This document shows, one piece after another, positions 18,923 to 27,160 of a DNA stretch of 36,366 nucleotides (positions are counted from its first letter, which is position 1; each line of letters opens with the position of its first letter). The translations under genes were made by a program, and so were the position numbers. Below the pieces are notes generated by a model, which saw nothing but the letters and a program-made list of their open reading frames with translations, had not been told where the DNA came from and made no database searches. This DNA is from an uncultured Methanosarcinales archaeon (GTDB taxonomy: Archaea > Nanobdellota > Nanobdellia > Woesearchaeales > CAYSVS01): NCBI GenBank assembly GCA_964589485.1, contig CAZPRK010000010.1:1-36366 (forward strand). Direction: 5' to 3'.

Positions 18923-20118
18923 TAGTATAACACCCTTATTTTTATTGTTTCTTCAATGTTTTTCAAAGCTTTAACTACATCTTCATCATAATCTTTGTTA
19001 ATTGCAGTTATTACATATGCTACGTTGTTTTCACCTTTTTGAAATTGAGAAATAACGTTTATGTTATGTTCAGCTAAAATTGTATTTATTTTACTTAATA
19101 TACCTGGAACATTTTTATGAATATGAATTAACCTATGTGCATTTTCAATAATTGGCATTTGAATTTCTGGAAAATTTATACTTCCTTCAGTTGTTCCTAG
19201 TTTAATAAAATCAATTAATTTTGAAGGGACATATTCGGCTATTCTTTCTTGTGCTTCAATTGTACTTCCTCCTATATGAGGCGTTAAAATAACATTTGGA
19301 AGATTTTGTAATTTATTGATAAATCCATTTCCATTACTTTTAGGTTCTTCTGGATAAACATCTATTGCAGCTCCAAATACTTTACCTGATTTTATATTTT
19401 CAGCTAATACATCTAAATCAACTACTTTTCCTCTACTCAAATTAAGAAATATAGCCCCTTCTTTCATTTCATTAAACACATCTTCATCTATTAAATATTT
19501 ATTACTTTCTCTTCCATCAACATGAACAGTTATTATATCACATTTTTTAACTAATGAATTTATGGAGTAAGATTTTTTTGCATTTCCCATAGGTAACTTT
19601 TCACTAATATCATAATAATAAACAGTCATTCCAAGATTTTCAGCTAATACGCTTAACTGACTTCCAATATTTCCATAACCAATAATTCCTAATTTTTTTC
19701 CTCTTATTTCATTACTATCTTTAGCACTTTTATTCCACATTCCTTTATGTAATAAGTTACTTTTTTCAACTACTCCTCTTAATAACATTATTATTTCCCC
19801 AAGAACTAGTTCTACAACACTTCTTGTGTTGCTAAATGGAGCATTAAATATAGGAACACCTTTCTGTAAAGCATAATTTTTGTCAATTTGATCTGTTCCA
19901 ATGCAAAATGTTCCTATACATTGTAAATTTTCAGCACAATCTAAAACTTTTTGTGTTACTTTAGTTTTTGATCTAATTCCAATAATATGTTTATCTTTGA
20001 TTTGGTTACAAAGTTCTTCTTCATCTAAACTTTTATCAAATGTTTGAACTTCATACCCTGATTCTTCAAACGCTTGTTTTGCTTTTTCATGTATGTTTTC
20101 TAGAAGTAAAACTTTCAT
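18922..20118 (-). CDS. serA: D-3-phosphoglycerate dehydrogenase with C-terminal ACT domain
   Basis: GIRSKT, FCIGTDQ, NAPFSNTRSV, GYGNIG, TPHIGGST, HKNVPG. Confidence 0.95.
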   Translation of the reverse strand: MKVLLLENIHEKAKQAFEESGYEVQTFDKSLDEEELCNQIKDKHIIGIRSKTKVTQKVLDCAENLQCIGTFCIGTDQIDKNYALQKGVPIFNAPFSNTRSVVELVLGEIIMLLRGVVEKSNLLHKGMWNKSAKDSNEIRGKKLGIIGYGNIGSQLSVLAENLGMTVYYYDISEKLPMGNAKKSYSINSLVKKCDIITVHVDGRESNKYLIDEDVFNEMKEGAIFLNLSRGKVVDLDVLAENIKSGKVFGAAIDVYPEEPKSNGNGFINKLQNLPNVILTPHIGGSTIEAQERIAEYVPSKLIDFIKLGTTEGSINFPEIQMPIIENAHRLIHIHKNVPGILSKINTILAEHNINVISQFQKGENNVAYVITAINKDYDEDVVKALKNIEETIKIRVLY

Positions 20119-20238
20119 AGTTTTTGGTGATTATAAATTGGTATTTAATCTTTTCTGTTACTTATATTATAATAAATAAAAAGGTTCATTATTTTACTTC
20201 TTAATAATATTTATAAGTTATCTTTGATTCTAAATAAT

Positions 20239-20832
20239 ATGGATAAATTGTTTGAAATAATGGATGAGTATAATTCAGTGATGGGTACTTATCAAGCTGT
20301 AGATGATCAGGTGTTACTAATTGCTAATAAAATTACTAGTCTTGAAAATGAAAGATCTATGATGACTGGAAACCTTTTCGAAAGAGCTTGTCGTGCTTTA
20401 GCTAAAGCTGACATTGGTGCTACTAATGCTGAAACAAGACAAACTAGGTTTAAAGCAATTGATGAAGAGCTTAATAAATTAAGTGTTTTGTCAGAAGGTT
20501 CTAAAAGTAGAAAATCTGAAATGGAAAATATGCTGGATTCGATAGAACAAAATTATTTTAGGAATTTAATATTATGGCCAGGTGATGAAATATCTTTTAT
20601 GAATCATTATCAAATAAGAATTTGTACTGTTGAAATGACAAGTAATGATAAAGGTGTCAATGTATTTTATTCTGCAGATGGTACAGAAAAAATAACTGGG
20701 AACTATGATGCACATTCTTTAATAACAAAAGGTGTTATTGCATTAATACATAATAGAAAAATTGACGTAGTTATAGAAAATTCTAGGTACTTATCACATG
20801 GGAACTATGGATTGCCTGTTAGGGTTGATTGA
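20239..20832 (+). CDS. Hypothetical protein with N-terminal coiled coil
   Basis: Long ORF; ATG 20239 lies below a TTTATAAG box. Confidence 0.65.
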   Translation: MDKLFEIMDEYNSVMGTYQAVDDQVLLIANKITSLENERSMMTGNLFERACRALAKADIGATNAETRQTRFKAIDEELNKLSVLSEGSKSRKSEMENMLDSIEQNYFRNLILWPGDEISFMNHYQIRICTVEMTSNDKGVNVFYSADGTEKITGNYDAHSLITKGVIALIHNRKIDVVIENSRYLSHGNYGLPVRVD

Positions 20833-20837
20833 TAAAA

Positions 20838-20921
20838 CGCCACGGCCCAGATTTGAACTGGGATATCCCGGAGGAAACAACCTTTCCAGGGTTGCGCGAT
20901 ACCAGATTACGCGACCGTGGC
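20838..20921 (-). tRNA. tRNA-Ser(GGA)
   Basis: GCCACGG/CCGTGGC acceptor, CAACC-CTGGAAA-GGTTG anticodon arm, long variable arm, CCCAG-TTCAAAT-CTGGG, G73, no intron, no CCA. Confidence 0.96.
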
Positions 20922-20997
20922 ATATATAATTGAAAAAAATAACCAACTTATAAATCTATTGCTAAATTATTTAAGTAAACAAGTTTTTTTTTAATTT

Positions 20998-21324
20998 ATG
21001 ATACATGAAATTGTAGATAATTATAAAATTCGTTTATCTTTAGTAGATAAAAATGATTTATTAATTATTGCTAGAAAATCATATGATTCTGCAGAACCAA
21101 AAAATACTGGATCTATTCATCCTGATTTTCAAGATTTTTTAAAATATTCAAATGGAAGACTTATTGGTTTAGAAATGCATACTGTAAATGGAAGAGAATG
21201 TAATACTGTTATTACGCTAGGAGTAGATTCTGCTTTTTATTTTAATACTGATTATTTTAAAAAAAGAGAATCAGAAGGTTTTGAAAGAAATAATCCTTTA
21301 AATTTATTAAAATCTATTTGGTAA
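20998..21324 (+). CDS. Hypothetical protein
   Basis: 108-aa ORF with upstream TATA-like box. Confidence 0.55.
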   Translation: MIHEIVDNYKIRLSLVDKNDLLIIARKSYDSAEPKNTGSIHPDFQDFLKYSNGRLIGLEMHTVNGRECNTVITLGVDSAFYFNTDYFKKRESEGFERNNPLNLLKSIW

Positions 21325-22399
21325 ATTCACGAACATATTCTAATATTTCTTCTTTAGATGCTTCGACAAACTTAATTGTTCCTGCTACATTATGTCCGCC
21401 ACCGTTAACATTTGCGTAAGGAAATTTTTCTTTTAATTCTTTTAACAAAGTATGTAAATTAAATTTTTCATTTTTACTTCTAAAAGTAATAAAATCATTC
21501 CCTATGCCCATTGTTGTTATACCTTCTCCAAAACTATCGTTAGCCCATCCTGTTATTTTCCCTGCTTGAGGAAATTCTCCCCTAAAAGAAATTTTATCAA
21601 GTTCAAGTTCAATAGTCTTATTATTTACTTTTGCATATTTTTTTACAACTTTCATTGTATTTTCTTTTCTTAAATTAATTTCTTTTATTAAAATTTTAAC
21701 TAATTTTTTATCAAACATAATATCTTCAATTAATTTAGAATCTATATGTTTAGTATGATGTGCCATAAAATCAACACAAATTGCAATATCTCTTAATTCT
21801 TCTTCGGAATAATCTTTCAAATATTGTTTAATTTCTAATCCCTCACACCTATCTGAAACTCCAGATAATGAGGCAAATATTTTATCAACTTCACCTATTT
21901 GTGATGCTATTTCATAACATAACATTCCGCTGCAAATATTACTGTCTCCTCCTACTAAATGTGGGTTTATTTGAATATCTACAGTTTTATCAATTTCAGG
22001 GAAAGGATTATGATGATCAACTACAGCAACTTTAGCTTTATTTTGTTTTACAATATTAATAGCCAATAAATCTTCTTCTCCACTTCCATTATCTAAAATA
22101 ATAATTAACGCTTTATTTTGAATTAATTCAATGTCTCTTGCAGCGTCATTTAATTCATAGAATGGAGCTTTACAAGGGTTTCTTCTAAAATAATACCTTG
22201 ATTTAAATCCATGTTTTTCATTTACTAAAGGCAAAATAACATTTTCTAAAGCTAGCCCTGCGCAATATCCATCTACATCAGCATGATGTCTAAGAATAAT
22301 AACATCATTGTTTTTAATAGAATTTTTAATTTCATCAACTAATAAAGCTATTTTATCTTTTAATTTATCTAAAATTTTAGAATTTATTGTGAATTTCAT
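21314..22399 (-). CDS. DHH/DHHA1 phosphoesterase (archaeal RecJ-like)
   Basis: RHHADVDG, LDNGS, VDHH, INPH, GGGH. Confidence 0.9.
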   Translation of the reverse strand: MKFTINSKILDKLKDKIALLVDEIKNSIKNNDVIILRHHADVDGYCAGLALENVILPLVNEKHGFKSRYYFRRNPCKAPFYELNDAARDIELIQNKALIIILDNGSGEEDLLAINIVKQNKAKVAVVDHHNPFPEIDKTVDIQINPHLVGGDSNICSGMLCYEIASQIGEVDKIFASLSGVSDRCEGLEIKQYLKDYSEEELRDIAICVDFMAHHTKHIDSKLIEDIMFDKKLVKILIKEINLRKENTMKVVKKYAKVNNKTIELELDKISFRGEFPQAGKITGWANDSFGEGITTMGIGNDFITFRSKNEKFNLHTLLKELKEKFPYANVNGGGHNVAGTIKFVEASKEEILEYVREFTK

Positions 22400-22436
22400 T
22401 TTATTATTTTAAAAATATTAATCTATATAATACTTT

Positions 22437-22682
22437 TTAATATCTCCACTCACTATGACCCCATGCAATCATTAGGTCAGTTTTAATGTTTCTAGGAAAA
22501 TCACATCCGCCAAAACAACTTCCAAGCCAAATATACACCTCACAATTAGTTTCTTTTTCTAATTGCATCTTAATTTCTCTTGCTTCGGGTTTCAATCCGT
22601 CAGGTAATTGAATTAAAACCTTTTTAGCTTCATTTTTCTTAATTTCTTCAATTGCCTTTTTTAATTCAAGATCATATCTCAT
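22437..22682 (-). CDS. Stand-alone N-terminal domain of diphthamide synthesis protein Dph2
   Basis: KVLIQLPDGLK, GSCFGGCD (first Fe-S Cys), WGHS; only 81 aa. Confidence 0.85.
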   Translation of the reverse strand: MRYDLELKKAIEEIKKNEAKKVLIQLPDGLKPEAREIKMQLEKETNCEVYIWLGSCFGGCDFPRNIKTDLMIAWGHSEWRY

Positions 22683-22755
22683 ATTTTTCTTTATTTTAAG
22701 TGTCTTTATAAGTTTTTATGTAATATTTATAAAGACCGTATCTTCTTGAAAAAAA

Positions 22756-23253
22756 ATGAGAGACATTTATATAGAGAAAAATGATTTAGTTTGTGTTGAT
22801 GAGCCAATAAGAGATGCTTCATTAATTCAAGAGTTAGATAAGCCTATTTATATTTTTAGTAAAGCAGTCTTTACTATTGATTATTTGCTTGATCTTAAAG
22901 GGTATGATATGGGTAGTATGTGTTTAAAAAATTTAGACCCAAAAGATCAATTTTCTGCATTAAAAGGGATTGGAGCACGGATTTATAGAGAAAGAATAAA
23001 ACTAAAAAAATTAAATTCTATGTTACATAATTTACCTCAAAATTATTTTGTTTTAGATGGAATGCATCGTGTAATAAACTCTGAAAAAAAATTAAAAGCT
23101 AAAGAAATTGAAACTGATAAAGATCTTGAAGAATTAGCTGAACACGCACCAGTTGAAGAATTAGTTTTACATGTTCATTTACTTAATTTTTATCATTATG
23201 CTAATTGGAATGGGTTTAAAACAGCAGAAGAATTAACTAAACAGGCTCATTAG
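22756..23253 (+). CDS. Hypothetical protein with ParB/Srx-like DGxHR motif
   Basis: YFVLDGMHRV. Confidence 0.5.
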   Translation: MRDIYIEKNDLVCVDEPIRDASLIQELDKPIYIFSKAVFTIDYLLDLKGYDMGSMCLKNLDPKDQFSALKGIGARIYRERIKLKKLNSMLHNLPQNYFVLDGMHRVINSEKKLKAKEIETDKDLEELAEHAPVEELVLHVHLLNFYHYANWNGFKTAEELTKQAH

Positions 23254-23770
23254 TTTTTACATCTTTTCCATTAAATTCATAATTAGAAATTGGCGCTGGT
23301 TCAGGAATTTCTTTTGCTTCTGCGTTATAATCTATAGCTTGTTGTGGGTGCATTTCTTCTTCTAAACGTTTAGTAGTTTGCAGTATAAATCGATTTGGCA
23401 AGTTTATGAACGCATCATACTTTTCAGCCAAATTTTGAGGTGTTGTTAATTGTCTAATTTTAGTGTTTATTGTACTAGGATCAGTTTTACCTATGTATAA
23501 CAATCCTATTTTTCTTATATTATCTGCATTTCCATCATTTGCTAATAAAAGAGTCTTTGTAAAGTATTCTAGAAATTCACCCTTTGGTTCACAATTTAAA
23601 AAATAAATAATGTTTTCTAAAATTGAATCTTTTTTTTGAAAATTCACTGAATTTCCAAATAGTTCTTCTAGCTTTAAAACAGTATGACTCAGAAAAGGTA
23701 AATCTGTCCAATCTTCTTTTCCTGCATATTGTAAATATCTATTTAGTGAAATACCTTCAAATTCAATCAT
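23237..23770 (-). CDS. Hypothetical protein
   Basis: 177-aa ORF; TTTATATA box ~25 nt upstream. Confidence 0.65.
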   Translation of the reverse strand: MIEFEGISLNRYLQYAGKEDWTDLPFLSHTVLKLEELFGNSVNFQKKDSILENIIYFLNCEPKGEFLEYFTKTLLLANDGNADNIRKIGLLYIGKTDPSTINTKIRQLTTPQNLAEKYDAFINLPNRFILQTTKRLEEEMHPQQAIDYNAEAKEIPEPAPISNYEFNGKDVKTNEPV

Positions 23771-23920
23771 ATTTAAGGGATATTTTCTTAGTATATAAAC
23801 TTTCCTTTATTAATTACTAGCAAGTAGTTCTAGAATCGAATTAAGATATTAGTATAGTAATTAGGTGAAATATAAAAAAATATTATAGTAAATTAATTAA
23901 CTTTGTTGAAAAGGAATAGC

Positions 23921-24067
23921 TTAATAAAAGCTCTCAACATTCATTAAATCATCTAATTCATTATCATCAAAAGCTTTTCTTGATAACAAATTTCTTAACG
24001 ATTTTTGCTCTTTAGTTTCTCGCATGTTGCTAAGTAAATCTAAATCTTCTTTATTAAATTCGTTCAT
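23921..24067 (-). CDS. Small protein, 48 aa (not in ORF track)
   Basis: MNEFNKEDLDLL...VESFY*; GAGGA RBS; ATGA overlap with upstream ORF. Confidence 0.55.
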   Translation of the reverse strand: MNEFNKEDLDLLSNMRETKEQKSLRNLLSRKAFDDNELDDLMNVESFY

Positions 24068-24228
24068 TTTTTCCTCTTTAAATCTTGTATTTCTCTCTCT
24101 AGAATTGAAATTCTTTCTTGTAATGCATAATTATTATCATTTAGAAAAGTAATCCATTCATATGTTCTGTTTCTTAAAAAAACCATATCGTTTTTTACTC
24201 TGTTAAATGAAACTTGTATTTTTGACAT
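24064..24228 (-). CDS. Small coiled-coil protein, 54 aa (not in ORF track)
   Basis: MSKIQVSFNRVKNDM...LQERISILEREIQDLKRKK*. Confidence 0.6.
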   Translation of the reverse strand: MSKIQVSFNRVKNDMVFLRNRTYEWITFLNDNNYALQERISILEREIQDLKRKK

Positions 24229-24229
24229 T

Positions 24230-24313
24230 CTACCACTTCCGAAAAAATGATCTTATCCAACAATATACTCTCTTAACTCTACTTTCCCTGACATCATATA
24301 CTGTTAATTTCAT
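24230..24313 (-). CDS. Micro-ORF, 27 aa, basic/aromatic
   Basis: MKLTVYDVRESRVKRVYCWIRSFFRKW*; GTGAGGA RBS; TATA box at ~24347-24355. Confidence 0.4.
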   Translation of the reverse strand: MKLTVYDVRESRVKRVYCWIRSFFRKW

Positions 24314-24447
24314 TTTTCCTCACTTGAAAGGAGTAAATTCAGTCACATATATAAATGTTTCTGTTTTTAACAACTAATTAGTGATTAATTATTTCTTCGA
24401 AAAGTATTTAAATTCGTATTTTTTGGTATATCAAAGGGGTGTAGATT

Positions 24448-24852
24448 ATGGAATTAGAATCAAATGAAGGTGATGAACCTCCCTCGGGATGGTTAGAGGG
24501 AGTAATTCTGGATGAAGATATTTTTATAGAAAATAATGATAGTTCTTTAATTTTAATGTATCATACTGGAGATTTAGTGGAAGGTAATGGTTTTTACACA
24601 AATGAATTCCCAGAAGTTGGTAAGTTAGATTATGTTGAAAGTGGTGATGAACCTACGTACCAAAGTACAGAATTAGGTGATTCTAATTATACTGGAGAAA
24701 AAATAGATGAAAATATGCATTTGTATAATATTGGCATAGCGAATAATCCTTTACTTAAAGCTCAATCAAAACAGGCATTAATGAGGGAAGTAATGTTAGG
24801 TAATGCTGCAGCTTCAGTAGCATTAAGACAAATTAAAGTTTTAGATCCTTAG
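24448..24852 (+). CDS. Acidic hypothetical protein
   Basis: 134-aa ORF with GGGGTG RBS. Confidence 0.65.
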   Translation: MELESNEGDEPPSGWLEGVILDEDIFIENNDSSLILMYHTGDLVEGNGFYTNEFPEVGKLDYVESGDEPTYQSTELGDSNYTGEKIDENMHLYNIGIANNPLLKAQSKQALMREVMLGNAAASVALRQIKVLDP

Positions 24853-24925
24853 TTCTAATCCGTAACATTTAAATATAGGCAATTAAAGCTCAAACATAAA
24901 AAGAGAATATAAAAGGTGAATTTAA

Positions 24926-25237
24926 TTGAGGGAAATAATACAAAGCCTAAAGGTGTGTGAAAAAGAATCCACTAAGATTTTAGAAAAGGCTGAAACTGAT
25001 TCTTTGGCTATGGTTGAGAATGCTAAAGAAAAAGCAAAACAAAGCATAGGCAAACTTTATACTAAAATCGAAAATAATAGACAGAAAAATTTGAAAAAAG
25101 CAGAAGCAGAAATCGATGAAGAAATTAAGACATTAAAATCAGACTCTGATAAACAACTAAAATCTCTTGAAACAAGTTTTTCTAAAAATAAAGTGAAAGC
25201 AAAAAAAGAAATTATTAAGGTGTTATTAGGAGATTAA
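24926..25237 (+). CDS. atpH: A/V-type ATP synthase peripheral stalk subunit H (G)
   Basis: Charged helical ~100-aa protein first in operon; AGGTGA RBS, TTG start. Confidence 0.8.
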   Translation: MREIIQSLKVCEKESTKILEKAETDSLAMVENAKEKAKQSIGKLYTKIENNRQKNLKKAEAEIDEEIKTLKSDSDKQLKSLETSFSKNKVKAKKEIIKVLLGD

Positions 25238-25240
25238 TTT

Positions 25241-27160
25241 ATGTTTAGGTCTTCAGATATGCAGAAAGCTAGTCTTTTTGCTGTTTCAAATGAAAGAGAA
25301 AAAGTTTTAAGTAAAATACATGAAACTGGGTTGCTTCAATTAATTGATTTAAAGGGAAGTGATATAGATTTAGAATTATCGAACCCAGGAAGTGAATTAA
25401 AAGAAATTTCTGATAAATTACTTAGAGTTTCTAGATTAGTTACAATTATGAAACTTGCACCTAGAAAGCTTTCTTTTACACAAGAGTTATTTGGTTTAGA
25501 GTTAATGGATAAAGAACATGTAAAAAGAGAAAGTAAAAAAGTAATGATAAAACATGCTGAACAATTTTTAGACAAAAATGAAGAAAAATTATTAACATTA
25601 GAAGAAGAAAATTTAACTTTAAATGAAAAAATTAATGTATTAAATGATCAAAAGAAATTAATTGTATTGTTGACAAACTTAGGAATTCCTTTAGATGAAA
25701 TTCAAACTTCCAATAAAATTTTATTCACATTAGGAAGAATTAATAATATTAATTTAGATAACTTCAAAAAAGATTGTGAAGATGACTTAAATGAATTATG
25801 TCATTTTGATGTTAGAGAAGAAAATAATAAAGAATCAGTTATAACTTTAATTACAGTTAAAGAAGATGAACATAAAGTAAATTTGTTAACTAAAAAACAT
25901 TCACTTTTAACGTTTGCTCTACCAGACTTAGAAAAACCAACAGTTGAATTTGTTGATAATGCGATTGAAACTTCAATCCAAAGAAGAATTAAGTTAATTG
26001 AAGAAATTTCAGAATTTAGAAAGAAAGTATTTGCAAATGCTATTAAATATAGAGAAGAATTAGAACTATTAAAAGAAAAATATGAAGCTATTCATAAAAC
26101 TATGAATTCTGAAAAATTCTTTTTATTAACAGGATGGGTTAGTAAAGAAAATATTAAAAAATTAGAAGATAGTTTGAAAAATTTAGCTGTAATTACTTTT
26201 GAAGACCCTAAGGAAGAAGATATTGTTCCAGTAGAAACAACTAATCCAAGGTGGCTAAAACCATTCGAAGTATTAACTGAATTATATTCTTTGCCAAAGT
26301 ATAAAGATTTAGATCCTACTTTTATTGTTGGTCCAATTTTTGTAATTTTTGCAGGGTTTATGTTAACTGACTTTGTATATGGTTTAGGGTTAGTAGTATT
26401 AGGAAGTTTTCTAATCAAAAAATTTGGCAAGTATAGCCAAGGATTAAATGATATTTCAATTAGCATTTTATTAATTGGAATTTTTTCAATGTTTTTTGGT
26501 GTTTTAACTGGAAGTTATTTAGGAGATATGATGCAATATATTAATCCTAGTTGGACTTCTAAAAATTTAGCATTCTGGGGAGATCCTTTATCAGATCCAT
26601 TATATTTTTTAATTATTAGTTTAGGAGTAGCATTAGTTCATGTAAATGTAGGTTTAATTATGGGTTTAACCGAAGACATAAGAAAAAAAGAATATAAAAC
26701 TGCTCTAGGTGATAGAATAGTTTGGTTTATTATACAAATTGGAATTGCATTATGGGCAACTGGATTTTTAGCTACTTTTGGTAAGATATTATTTGGGTTA
26801 GGTGTATTAATAAAAGTAAGCACAGCTGGTCCACTTGGATTATTAGACATTACAGGTTTTATGGGAGATGTAATAAGTTATTCTAGATTATTTGCATTAG
26901 CTTTGAGTACAGCTGGAATTGCAATGACTGTAAATTTATTAGCAGATTTACTTAGCGGAGTACCTTTTATTGGCTTTTTTTTAGCTGCTTTGATTTTCAT
27001 TGTAGGTCATTTATTTAGTTTCGCAATGAATGCATTAGGTGGTTTTGTTCATAGTATTAGGTTACAGTTTGTAGAATTTTTTGGAAAATTTTATGAAGGT
27101 GGCGGAGATAGATTTTTACCATTTAAAGAAGAAAGAACTTATACTGAGGTTAAAAAATGA
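25241..27160 (+). CDS. atpI: A/V-type ATP synthase subunit I (a)
   Basis: LPKYKDLDPT, GFMLTD, DVISYSRLFAL (essential Arg), HSIRLQFVEFF. Confidence 0.96.
   Translation: MFRSSDMQKASLFAVSNEREKVLSKIHETGLLQLIDLKGSDIDLELSNPGSELKEISDKLLRVSRLVTIMKLAPRKLSFTQELFGLELMDKEHVKRESKKVMIKHAEQFLDKNEEKLLTLEEENLTLNEKINVLNDQKKLIVLLTNLGIPLDEIQTSNKILFTLGRINNINLDNFKKDCEDDLNELCHFDVREENNKESVITLITVKEDEHKVNLLTKKHSLLTFALPDLEKPTVEFVDNAIETSIQRRIKLIEEISEFRKKVFANAIKYREELELLKEKYEAIHKTMNSEKFFLLTGWVSKENIKKLEDSLKNLAVITFEDPKEEDIVPVETTNPRWLKPFEVLTELYSLPKYKDLDPTFIVGPIFVIFAGFMLTDFVYGLGLVVLGSFLIKKFGKYSQGLNDISISILLIGIFSMFFGVLTGSYLGDMMQYINPSWTSKNLAFWGDPLSDPLYFLIISLGVALVHVNVGLIMGLTEDIRKKEYKTALGDRIVWFIIQIGIALWATGFLATFGKILFGLGVLIKVSTAGPLGLLDITGFMGDVISYSRLFALALSTAGIAMTVNLLADLLSGVPFIGFFLAALIFIVGHLFSFAMNALGGFVHSIRLQFVEFFGKFYEGGGDRFLPFKEERTYTEVKK

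Noticed and set aside
18922..20921. Functional link between tRNA-Ser and the nearby serA-serC
   Set aside because: Separated by an oppositely oriented gene and no T-box-like leader seen; probably coincidence
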